Virus record (IMG/VR): IMGVR_UViG_3300045988_052978 | Span: 1-35,913 of that record | Source of the DNA: a virus | Strand: one strand, 5' to 3' | DNA: 35,913 bases | Shown here: piece by piece, positions 28,734 to 35,913 of the stretch | How the letters are laid out: each line of letters begins with the position of its first letter | Position numbering within the stretch: the stretch's first letter is position 1 | Translations under genes and position numbers: made by a program | Notes under the pieces: model-generated | What the model was told of the DNA's origin: nothing | Seen by the model: the letters and a program-made list of their open reading frames with translations, nothing else | The model's database searches: none

Positions 28734-28751
28734 GAGCTTGCGGAGCTTGCG
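28734..28751. repeat. Tandem 9-bp repeat gagcttgcg x2
   Basis: Copies at 28734-42 and 28743-51, in the spacer between the endolysin and the sigma-r4-like gene. Confidence 0.7.
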
Positions 28752-28798
28752 CGGAGACGGAGGGCGGCGGATCGTAGCCTCACGCCTCGCTCAGATTT

Positions 28799-28815
28799 GT
28801 GCCCGACTTGGGCAC
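28799..28815. repeat. Dyad hairpin H5: gtgcccgacttgggcac
   Basis: It begins at the endolysin stop codon. It forms a 7-bp stem with a G-U pair on plus RNA, or 6 bp on minus RNA. Confidence 0.7.
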
Positions 28816-29690
28816 TACTTTCCCAACAACTTACCCCACGTGCCGTTACCGGCGATACCGTCAGCGCCAAGAGAATATTTGGTCTGGAACTTCTTCAGCG
28901 CCGCCTCCGTGCCTGCGCCGAAGTCGCCGTCGGTACCGGCGCTGCCGCAGCTGAAGCCGTTGGCGATCAGCGCCGCTTGCAGGGTTTTCACATCGTTGCC
29001 CTCCATGCCTCGGGACAGCTGCCGAACCTTGACGGTGACGGTCTTTTCGACCACCGGCGCGGCGGGCTGTGTGGTGGGCACAACCGTGACGCCGCTCATG
29101 GCTCTCTTCACATCCTGCCGGAAGCCCGCCATCGTGTAGCCGATGCCAAGCCCCGTCCACAGGTGTTCCGGGTCAACGTGACCGGAGCCGATGCCCCGCT
29201 TGCCGCACTCATAATGAGACAGGATCACGCCGTCCTTCAGCGGGTCAAGGTTATACTTCTTGCACAGCATGGCAAATAACTCCACGGCGGCCTTATAAGC
29301 CGTCTCGCACTGCTTGAACGCCTTGTCCTTGTCTGTAATGGTGAACTTGGCCCCGGTGGTGTACTTGATGGCGGAGGGTTCGCACATCTCCACGCCCACG
29401 TGGGTGTTGTTGGCGGAGCCGCCCACGTGCCATGCCCGGAAGTTCCACGGCAGACACTGGTACACCGCGCCGGAGTTGGCATCAATGAACGCGTGGACGC
29501 AGGCCCGGTCATAGCTGGGGCTGTTCCACTTCTTGGTGAACACCTGCGCCGACGGCTGGGCACAGCCTACAGAGTGCAGTACAAGCCCTTGAGGGCCGCG
29601 CCGCTGGAACGTGGTGTACCGGTCGTCGGCGTTGGCAATGTTGGCATGATAGCAGGGGTTCAGCGTTAGGAAGTTCTCAATCAGCTGCAT
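28815..29690 (-). CDS. Endolysin: N-acetylmuramoyl-L-alanine amidase (Amidase_2/PGRP) + PG_binding_1 domain
   Basis: Amidase motifs LHSVGC...AWHVGGSANNTHVGVEMCEP...SHYE. The C-terminal segment GNDVKTLQAALIANGFSCGSAGTDGDFGAGTEAALKKFQ is a typical PG-binding repeat. Confidence 0.9.
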   Translation of the reverse strand: MQLIENFLTLNPCYHANIANADDRYTTFQRRGPQGLVLHSVGCAQPSAQVFTKKWNSPSYDRACVHAFIDANSGAVYQCLPWNFRAWHVGGSANNTHVGVEMCEPSAIKYTTGAKFTITDKDKAFKQCETAYKAAVELFAMLCKKYNLDPLKDGVILSHYECGKRGIGSGHVDPEHLWTGLGIGYTMAGFRQDVKRAMSGVTVVPTTQPAAPVVEKTVTVKVRQLSRGMEGNDVKTLQAALIANGFSCGSAGTDGDFGAGTEAALKKFQTKYSLGADGIAGNGTWGKLLGK

Positions 29691-30027
29691 CCGTTTTCAC
29701 CTCGCCGTTGACCACCTTCGCCGCAGCGCAGATCTTGTCGATCATGTCGCTGACCTTCTGTCTGGCGGCGTCATCGTAATCGTAGTTGACGCTCTTGGCG
29801 GCCTGCTCTACCTTTTGCATAACCCACGCTTTGCGGGCCGCGCCGTCGGCAAACAGGTCCTCCGCGTCCGTCATCAGTGTCAGGACGATATCCACGATCT
29901 GCGGCCAGTTCTTCTCCTTTACGGCGGTCTGCACCGCCGCTACCAGACGGGCCACCACAGGGATGCACACCGCCAGACCGCCCAGAATGGCCGCAATCAG
30001 TTCTACCCAATACATAGCATTATTCAT
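29677..30027 (-). CDS. Holin (LL-H-like: one N-terminal TM helix plus a helical cytoplasmic domain)
   Basis: TM segment WVELIAAILGGLAVCIPVVARLV, followed by ...GAARKAWVMQKVEQAAK. It lies immediately upstream of the endolysin, with a 14-nt overlap. Confidence 0.7.
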   Translation of the reverse strand: MNNAMYWVELIAAILGGLAVCIPVVARLVAAVQTAVKEKNWPQIVDIVLTLMTDAEDLFADGAARKAWVMQKVEQAAKSVNYDYDDAARQKVSDMIDKICAAAKVVNGEVKTDAAD

Positions 30028-30304
30028 CGTTCAATTCCTTTCCGACTTCTCCGAAGTCTTTCCGTTTTTCAAACAGTGCCTTTGTGCAATACACCAGCAC
30101 CACGCCGATGATCTCCGTGATAGCCGCGGTGCTGAGTGATTCCGCGATGTTGATGATCTCGCCGCTTTCCACCGGCCGCAGCGCCGCCAGGAACGCCAGC
30201 GCGTAGCTGCACCACACCCAGAGCAGGCCGTTCAGCAGGCACAGCCACAGGATTTTCTTCGTGGTGGGCGTCCTGCGCTTTTTTTTCACCCGCTTTCCGC
30301 TCAT
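30020..30304 (-). CDS. Two-TM membrane protein (possible second holin component)
   Basis: The start MSGKRVKKKRR shares an ATGA overlap with the upstream stop. TM segments ILWLCLLNGLLWVWCSYALAFL and AAITEIIGVVLVY. Confidence 0.55.
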   Translation of the reverse strand: MSGKRVKKKRRTPTTKKILWLCLLNGLLWVWCSYALAFLAALRPVESGEIINIAESLSTAAITEIIGVVLVYCTKALFEKRKDFGEVGKELNDE

Positions 30305-30849
30305 GGCTCCACCCAGTTCAGAGAGCTGGCGACGCATAGCTTGTTGTAGTCAACCAAGCTCACCGTCTCGCTCCAGTTGTCCAGCACCAGCAGGAACTTT
30401 GCCCGCTGGTACTCCTCCACGCCCACCAGCACCACGCTGTGGTCGTGGTAGTAGCCCCGGCCATCGTCCCACAGGTTGAGGACGGCGGGAATGCCCCGTT
30501 CCGCCAGCTTGCGGGCCGTCAGCCAGTTCCAGCCCACCACCTTGCCGTAGGCGCTGCGGGGCGTTCCCGGCTCGTGCAGCACCCGTAGAAGCTCCTTGGT
30601 GATAGCCTTGACTGTCAGAGGATTCGTGCCCTTCCTGTCACCGTCATAGCCATGCTTGGTGGCGATGTGCTCAATGGTGCCGTACCACCGTGCCCCGTAG
30701 ATGCAGGCCAGCGAGGTCAGCGTACAGTCCAGCTCCTTGCCGTAGTTCTTTTGCAGCAGCCCGTCCAGCGGGATCAGCTTCCGGTAAGTCTGCTTCCCCC
30801 GCTTGGGGTACTCCATTTCCAGCCAACTGTAGTCCAGTCTGTGGGTCAT
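30301..30849 (-). CDS. Papain-fold (C39-like) cysteine peptidase domain protein
   Basis: ELDCTLTSLACIYGARWYG resembles the C39 nucleophile motif. HDHSVVLVGVEE...LLVLDNW resembles the His and Asp/Asn motifs. 182 aa. Confidence 0.5.
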   Translation of the reverse strand: MTHRLDYSWLEMEYPKRGKQTYRKLIPLDGLLQKNYGKELDCTLTSLACIYGARWYGTIEHIATKHGYDGDRKGTNPLTVKAITKELLRVLHEPGTPRSAYGKVVGWNWLTARKLAERGIPAVLNLWDDGRGYYHDHSVVLVGVEEYQRAKFLLVLDNWSETVSLVDYNKLCVASSLNWVEP

Positions 30850-31160
30850 GCCGGTTCCCCCTTTCGGATGGGCAGGCGGCGCACCTCTTCCATCACGCGC
30901 TTGGCGCTGCCGTTGCCACCCATTTTCTCATACGGCGCGTAGAGGTAGTCGTTTAGGTTTTCGTACTCATCCTGCGTAATGTGCCCCCGCTGCACATACA
31001 CCATACCCAGATGCACGATCCGGTCATGAGCCAGCCCTACCAGCATCTTCCGCTCTGCGTCGTTTTTGTCGGCCCGTTTGGCTACCAGCGCCCACAGGCC
31101 GCCGCTGGTCAGCGCGGCCACCACGATGGCACTGATGGCCGGAATAACATACTGCCACAT
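30846..31160 (-). CDS. Single-TM membrane protein (start trimmed to MWQYVIPA)
   Basis: TM segment VIPAISAIVVAALTSGGLWALV. The ATG at 31160 lies 1 nt after the upstream stop. Confidence 0.55.
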   Translation of the reverse strand: MWQYVIPAISAIVVAALTSGGLWALVAKRADKNDAERKMLVGLAHDRIVHLGMVYVQRGHITQDEYENLNDYLYAPYEKMGGNGSAKRVMEEVRRLPIRKGEPA

Positions 31161-31161
31161 A

Positions 31162-31566
31162 TCAGACCTCCTCCCATCCATATACACCCGGCTCCCACAC
31201 GTTGTTGTCACAGATGCTGCGCCATGTTTTGCCGCCGTGTGTCACCTTGTCGCCTGTCATGTAGGGGTTGGTGCTGTCTGGCCGCTGCCACGCGGGGATG
31301 ACGGCGGGGTCGGGGATCAGCACCTGTGCCCACAGGCTGGGCGCGTCCGCCGGGTTCCAGCCTGACTGCGATGTGTGGGCCTGTAGGCACTTGTAGACGT
31401 ATCCCCCATACAGCCGCCGGTCTCCCGCGGCATAGGCCGCCCCCTCGCCGTCCCACGGGCGGTAGAGCAGCGGCGCTGCCGCCGCCTGTGCGTCCGTCAG
31501 CACCACCGCTGCGGCATCCATACTGGCCCGAATGGCCTGGGCCTGCGCCATAATGTCAGTCCTCAT
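31162..31566 (-). CDS. Carbohydrate-binding protein with two CBM5/12-like repeats
   Basis: Motifs YAAGDRRLYGGYVYKCLQAHTSQSGWNPADAPSLWAQV and YMTGDKVTHGGKTWRSICDNNVWEPG. An alternative start lies at 31551. Confidence 0.6.
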   Translation of the reverse strand: MRTDIMAQAQAIRASMDAAAVVLTDAQAAAAPLLYRPWDGEGAAYAAGDRRLYGGYVYKCLQAHTSQSGWNPADAPSLWAQVLIPDPAVIPAWQRPDSTNPYMTGDKVTHGGKTWRSICDNNVWEPGVYGWEEV

Positions 31567-31792
31567 CTGTCACCACCCCTAACGTCTGCAAAGCCGCCTT
31601 GTACTGCTCAATTTCTTCCTGGGCGGTCAGCACCTCCACGCCATCCCGCCAGAACTTTCCTTCACTATACGTGTCCCCGATGCCCACCGGGCGGTCATGG
31701 AGCGCCACCGCACCGGGGAAATCCCCGGCGTTGGTCTCTCGCAGAACAATGACGTTGGTCACCGTTCCGTCTGTCACGATTGCGTATCTCAT
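31556..31792 (-). CDS. Small hypothetical tail-region protein
   Basis: 78 aa, with an ATGA-type overlap to its neighbours. Confidence 0.5.
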   Translation of the reverse strand: MRYAIVTDGTVTNVIVLRETNAGDFPGAVALHDRPVGIGDTYSEGKFWRDGVEVLTAQEEIEQYKAALQTLGVVTDED

Positions 31793-32520
31793 GCCGCCAC
31801 CTCCTTGTGCTGCCGGATGACCACAATGCCGTCGGCCGGAGCAATGTTATAAGCACCGCCGTTGCCGGAGTTGGGTACGGTGGCGGTCAGGTTATCGCCG
31901 CCGCCGGAAGCATATAGGTCGCCGTCTGCTTCGCCAAATTCACGTGTGGTGGTACCCTGGCCCTTGCCGCCAGCAGTTGTAGCAGTCGTACCATCGCCCC
32001 CATCCGTACCACCAGCGGCGGTACTGTAGTTGGCATGTACCCCACTGACATTCAGACCACCGCCGCCAGAGCCACCGTCTGCGCCCGGCTGCTTGGATGT
32101 GTTATATCCTCTCTTAGAGCCCTTTCCTCCCAGTGCAGATGCGGCAAACGCCGATGTTGTGCCACCATCCGTACCGTTCAAACTACCTTCAGTAATGTTT
32201 TTGCCCGCCGCGCCTACCACGATGGAATAGGTGGTATTGGCCGTCAGCACCACAGACCGCACGGTGGTGGTGTAGCCTGCGCCACCACCGCCGCAGAGTA
32301 CATAGTTTCTTCCTCCGCCGCCACCTACCAAAAATGCATCAATCACCATGTCTTTCAATGGCGTGAACGGGCCGCTGGACAGAAACTTGATGCGCCAGTC
32401 TCCTCCGCCGTCGTCCAGCACCTGATACGTGCCGTCGCCGCCCGACCAGTTGAAATCCTCGCCGATGATGGGCACGGAAATGGCGCTGCCGCCCACAAAA
32501 ATACCCTCTGTCTGGATCAT
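31789..32520 (-). CDS. Glycine-rich domain protein (start trimmed to MIQTEGIF)
   Basis: The ATG at 32520 overlaps the fibre gene stop (ATGA). Runs LVGGGGGRNYVLCGGGGAGY and ADGGSGGGG are present. The 70-codon upstream extension in the track overlaps the fibre gene. Confidence 0.65.
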   Translation of the reverse strand: MIQTEGIFVGGSAISVPIIGEDFNWSGGDGTYQVLDDGGGDWRIKFLSSGPFTPLKDMVIDAFLVGGGGGRNYVLCGGGGAGYTTTVRSVVLTANTTYSIVVGAAGKNITEGSLNGTDGGTTSAFAASALGGKGSKRGYNTSKQPGADGGSGGGGLNVSGVHANYSTAAGGTDGGDGTTATTAGGKGQGTTTREFGEADGDLYASGGGDNLTATVPNSGNGGAYNIAPADGIVVIRQHKEVAA

Positions 32521-34151
32521 ACCATCACCACCTCCACCGGAATATCGACCGCGGGCACAGCGCCCGCCGCCTTGACCGTCAGCGAACCCGCCGCCTGCGC
32601 CGTCACACGGGGCTGCGCCGCGCCCCACGCGGCGAACTGCTCGTCGGTGGCGCTCTGGGCGATCCGCAGGCTGCCGTTGGCGGTCGCCGTCACGCCGGAG
32701 ACGGCCAGCGTCTGCACGCCATTGCTCCACCCCGCCGCCGTCAGCGTGGCGGCTTTTGACACAGACTTGTCGGCCTTGTCCTCCACCAGCTTGTACACGC
32801 TGTTCAGCGCCTTGGGGGTGACGGCCTTGTCGGTGTCGGTGCGCTCGTAGCTGTCCACCAGATAAGTGATGCCCTTGCTGCCGGTGCTGGCGCTGGGCAG
32901 GCTCATCGCACCCAGCGTGTCCGTGTCCGTAAAGCCCAGGTATTTGCCCTTGGCCCCGGTGATCTTGTCCTGCTTGTTGCCCACCTCGGCCAGATCGGTG
33001 TTGAACTGCGTCTCCGTGCCAGTGTAGCCGCCGTCCTGGGCGGATTCGTAGGCGCTCTTGCCGTCCGCGCCGGGAGTACCCGGTGCGCCGTCCTCACCCT
33101 GAGCCTGCACCCCGGTGTCCGTGGTCCCGATCCACCAGTGGCCATTGGCCCCGATGTTGGGCGTGATGCCGTCCTCGCCTTTGATGAGCAGTCCCGCCCC
33201 GCTGGCGGGCCACGCCGTGCCGCTCCAGAAATAGAGCCGCCCGTCCGCGTCCACCAGATAGGTCTTGCCCATGTCGGCGGCGGTCAGCGTGGGCAGGTCG
33301 GCATAGGTGGGCACCGAGCCGTCGATCTTCAACCCGTCGCCCTTGTCGCCCTTGGCGTTTACGCCGGTATCCATGTCGCCCACGTACCAGTGTCCGTTGT
33401 CCCCGATGTGGGGTGCGGTTCCCTGGGGACCGGTGGGGCCGGCGTTGCCATTCCAGATGGTTTTCTCTATGGTGTTCACCTGGGAAGCCGCGCCGGTCGC
33501 GTCGTACACCGTCTCCGTGATAGTCAGCTTCACGCCGCCGTTGGGGTGTTCGTCTGTCCCCGGCACAGCGGCGGACGTGACCGTCACATCGCTGCCGTGG
33601 GTGCCCGTGTCACCTCTGGCCACAACGCCCGTATCGGTGTCGCCTACCCACCAGTGGCCGTTGCTGCCGATGGTGGGAGAATCGCCCTGAGGGCCTACCA
33701 GGCTTGCCATAAAGTCAAACCGTACATTGTAACCGTTGTCCGTAGGGGTGATATTGCTGATGACCCACATATCGCCGTAGCTGTTGAGGATGAGGTCGCC
33801 GACCGCCCAATCCTCCGGCATGGGGTTAGCGCTGGGGAAAGACATGATCAGGTAATCGCCGGGTGAGCCACGCCCTCCCAGATCATACGCGTGGATCATG
33901 TGCCCGTTCTTGCCCCGCAGGTCTCCCGTGGTCAGCGTCGTGCCGTCCGTGGTCACGATGGTCACCTTGCCGGTGTCCTCGTCGTAGGCGAAGCTCTTCA
34001 CGCCGCCGTGGCCGTCCAGCCACGTCATCAGGGACGCTTTCAGCAGCTGCCCCGTCAGCTTCTTGGCCGCCCCGGCCTGCTCCAACACGAACAGGTCGGT
34101 AACGCCCATGGCCGTCACCTCCGGCAGCTGGCCGATAGATCTGTCAGCCAT
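32517..34151 (-). CDS. Tail fibre / receptor-binding protein with short collagen-like triplets
   Basis: 544 aa. Three copies of G-x-y triplets + IG.NGHW(W/Y).G..DTGV.A.G. Fibre motif GSKGITYLVDSYERTDTDKAVTPKALNSVY. The C-terminal domain is Ig-like and Ala/Thr-rich. Confidence 0.8.
   Translation of the reverse strand: MADRSIGQLPEVTAMGVTDLFVLEQAGAAKKLTGQLLKASLMTWLDGHGGVKSFAYDEDTGKVTIVTTDGTTLTTGDLRGKNGHMIHAYDLGGRGSPGDYLIMSFPSANPMPEDWAVGDLILNSYGDMWVISNITPTDNGYNVRFDFMASLVGPQGDSPTIGSNGHWWVGDTDTGVVARGDTGTHGSDVTVTSAAVPGTDEHPNGGVKLTITETVYDATGAASQVNTIEKTIWNGNAGPTGPQGTAPHIGDNGHWYVGDMDTGVNAKGDKGDGLKIDGSVPTYADLPTLTAADMGKTYLVDADGRLYFWSGTAWPASGAGLLIKGEDGITPNIGANGHWWIGTTDTGVQAQGEDGAPGTPGADGKSAYESAQDGGYTGTETQFNTDLAEVGNKQDKITGAKGKYLGFTDTDTLGAMSLPSASTGSKGITYLVDSYERTDTDKAVTPKALNSVYKLVEDKADKSVSKAATLTAAGWSNGVQTLAVSGVTATANGSLRIAQSATDEQFAAWGAAQPRVTAQAAGSLTVKAAGAVPAVDIPVEVVMV
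33060..33695 (-). repeat. Three intragenic repeats of the collagen-like/IGxNGHWWxGxxDTGV module
   Basis: Fibre residues 153-182, 238-273 and 325-364. Confidence 0.75.
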
Positions 34152-34308
34152 CTTCCGTCACCTCCGTTTCCTCCGTCGCCGTCGCTAGCAGGCCGTCCAG
34201 CACCTGCATGCACCCCAGCAGCAAGTCAAGATTGCCGCTGCCGTGTACCTCGATCCGATCCAGCGCCAGCCGGACGGATTGGATGGTGTTTCTTTCGGTT
34301 GTTTTCAT
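34144..34308 (-). CDS. Small protein (54 aa), not in the ORF track
   Basis: Read by hand: AAGGAGGACTCC-ATG, giving MKTTERNTIQSVRLALDRIEVHGSGNLDLLLGCMQVLDGLLATATEETEVTEDG. It overlaps the fibre start by 8 nt. Confidence 0.55.
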   Translation of the reverse strand: MKTTERNTIQSVRLALDRIEVHGSGNLDLLLGCMQVLDGLLATATEETEVTEDG

Positions 34309-34319
34309 GGAGTCCTCCT

Positions 34320-35186
34320 TTATTCGTGGCCCAATACATACAGAAGGTGGTAAGAGCCGTCTTTTCCGAGGTAATTGATCGTCTTCCCGGAAAAATAGAA
34401 GCCGCCAACCTTTAGCGAAAGTGTCGCCACGCTGGAAGAATCTACCGTGCCGCTGTAGACGCTGCCGGTAAACAGTTTTTCGATGTTCGCCACGCGGCTC
34501 TTGATGCCGTTAATGGTCGCACCGTTGATCTCGCAGTAGTTGGCCTCCAGGTAGCTGGTGGTGATCTGGTTGCTCTCCAACGAGGATATCCGCGCCACGG
34601 CGGCGTTCAGGTCAGAGATACTGGCCTTATTTGCCACCAGACTGTCGATCTGTGCCACCTGCGTGTTCAGCGCCCCGATGTCCGCGGTGTTTCCGGCAAT
34701 ATCCGCCGTGTTCTGCGCCGTCTGCTTCTTCTGTCGCACGGCGTCCCGCTCCTGAGCGGACAGATACGGATACTCGTTGTCGATCTCCTCCTCCGCCGGA
34801 GCGCTCACCGTCGCCCGGAACAGCCGGGAAAACGTGGTCGTCTTGGCGTGTATCCCGCCGTAGATGCCGCCCACGGTCACGCCGTCGCCCAGCTCCGCCG
34901 CCGGGTCTAGCAACGCGTCAGCGGCCTCGTAGGGCTGATAGCGGTAGTTCTTAACCGCCGCCAGAATATTCGCCGCCAGCGTGTCGCCCTTAGTGGTGGG
35001 CAACAGCGGCACGTTGACCGTCAGCTCCCGCCCCGTATCGTCGCCGGACGTGTAGCTGTTGGTGCCGTCCGTCACTGTCACCTTGCTGTAGGGCTGCAGC
35101 TTGTCCGCCTCTGTCAGACTGGACGCACTGTTTCCTACAAAAATTTTACCCGACAAGAATCCTGTCACCTCCAAACGTGATGGCAT
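34320..35186 (-). CDS. Tail tip/baseplate protein with a central coiled coil
   Basis: 288 aa. The heptad-like segment is NTADIAGNTADIGALNTQVAQIDSLVANKASISDLNAAVARISSLESN. The start is uncertain, as it overlaps the upstream gene by 41 nt. Confidence 0.65.
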   Translation of the reverse strand: MPSRLEVTGFLSGKIFVGNSASSLTEADKLQPYSKVTVTDGTNSYTSGDDTGRELTVNVPLLPTTKGDTLAANILAAVKNYRYQPYEAADALLDPAAELGDGVTVGGIYGGIHAKTTTFSRLFRATVSAPAEEEIDNEYPYLSAQERDAVRQKKQTAQNTADIAGNTADIGALNTQVAQIDSLVANKASISDLNAAVARISSLESNQITTSYLEANYCEINGATINGIKSRVANIEKLFTGSVYSGTVDSSSVATLSLKVGGFYFSGKTINYLGKDGSYHLLYVLGHE

Positions 35187-35859
35187 TGCCTCCGTTGTCC
35201 ACCAGATAATTGGTCTCCTTCGGCAGACTGTTCAGCAGCACCAGCCGCAGCTTGCCCACCGGCGTCATGCACCAGTTGCCGCCGTACCACCCGGCGATGG
35301 CCTGTAGCAGCTCCCGGCAGGTGTAGTTTCTGGGATTTGTCACCTTGTAGTTCTTGCCGCTGGCGGAAAAGAAGCTGTCCGTCTCGCTGTCCAGCGTGAT
35401 CCCGACTTGGGTACAGACCCGGTTGACGATGGCGATATCCGTCACGCCGCCGCTGGCCACGCTGCCGGTGTACCACTGTTCCGTGGCCAGCATCTTGTCA
35501 TAGCCGTGCAGCGTCAGCACGCCGGTCTGCTTGTTGTAGCTCCGCTTGTCCACGTTGTACACGCCCTGGGCCACCCATTCGCTGGGCTCGCCGGAATCGC
35601 CCACAAGCCGCACCTGCGGTCTTAATTCAGCCATTCTGGCCACGCTGGAGGAGAGCACCCCCAGCAGCTGCACGGATATCTCCCCGGCCACCGCCCCGCC
35701 CACCGTGGGGGTGTCCCCCGCGAATAGGGCGATGGCGGTTTTCAGAGAGCCTTTAATAATGGTGCTTTCTCCGTAGGCTGTGCCATCCACCAGCAGCCGG
35801 GATTCCTTGGTGTGAGAACCCGTCAGGAGCTCCTGATATCTCGCGCTTACTTCCTGCAT
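35146..35859 (-). CDS. Tail-tip protein (Tal-like N-terminal-type module)
   Basis: 237 aa. It is the second gene after the tape measure once the circle is closed. Its first 65 nt are also present at window positions 1-65. Confidence 0.6.
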   Translation of the reverse strand: MQEVSARYQELLTGSHTKESRLLVDGTAYGESTIIKGSLKTAIALFAGDTPTVGGAVAGEISVQLLGVLSSSVARMAELRPQVRLVGDSGEPSEWVAQGVYNVDKRSYNKQTGVLTLHGYDKMLATEQWYTGSVASGGVTDIAIVNRVCTQVGITLDSETDSFFSASGKNYKVTNPRNYTCRELLQAIAGWYGGNWCMTPVGKLRLVLLNSLPKETNYLVDNGGNAITFGGDRILVG

Positions 35860-35913
35860 CGCTCACCTCTCGATCAGCGGGAATGTGATCCCGCTCCACC
35901 AGTCCGCGCTCGG
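35795..35913. repeat. Right copy of the 119-bp terminal overlap
   Basis: Identical to 1-119. Confidence 0.95.

Noticed and set aside
32521-32730. N-terminal 70-codon extension of track ORF 31789..32730.
   Set aside because: It overlaps the C-terminus of the tail fibre in another frame, with an Arg/Gly/Asp-rich shadow composition. The internal ATG at 32520 forms an ATGA overlap with the fibre stop.
33060-33695. The fibre repeats as a diversity-generating retroelement variable region.
   Set aside because: No reverse transcriptase gene and no template-repeat copy exist elsewhere in the genome.

Overview
The window is a complete, circularly closed genome of a temperate tailed phage, not a chromosomal segment. 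It is siphovirus-like, with an HK97-type head module and HNH/cos-type packaging. Bases 1-119 recur exactly at 35795-35913. The unique length is therefore 35,794 bp, and the tail genes at the two window ends are contiguous. G+C is high and coding is dense. Most long ORFs lying opposite real genes are high-GC shadow ORFs. Almost all genes are on the minus strand. In transcription order (descending coordinates) they are:
- Cro-like regulator and early regulators, 22488->21221.
- Replication/partition block, 20960->15468: an initiator with a 3x23-bp iteron origin inside the gene, DnaB, a MazG-like cassette, and ParA / Zn-ribbon / ParB-like genes.
- Small early genes plus a HUH Rep-like endonuclease, 15475->12713.
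- Packaging, 12647->9033: Zn-ribbon, HNH, a 537-nt non-coding cos-like region, terS and terL.
- Portal, ClpP-type protease, HK97 capsid, connector/adaptor proteins, major tail protein, G/GT chaperones and tape measure, 8857->451.
- Tail tip, fibre, glycine-rich and CBM proteins, wrapping from 437->69 to 35859->31162.
- Lysis region, 31160->28815.
- A seven-gene accessory cluster, 28728->26200.

The plus-strand lysogeny module (22809->25990) holds a CI-like repressor, a HIRAN-zinc-ribbon-TM2 membrane protein, a membrane-tethered HTH protein and a tyrosine integrase. It is followed by an attP carrying the 3' end of a tRNA.

The non-coding content is unusually rich:
- A 17-bp dyad hairpin family.
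- Two 77-bp terminator-like elements bracketing HNH-cos-terS.
- A 51-bp direct repeat flanking the MazG-like cassette.
- A candidate oop-like antisense sRNA.
- A multi-promoter genetic switch.

All functional calls come from reading motifs by eye. No database search was possible.
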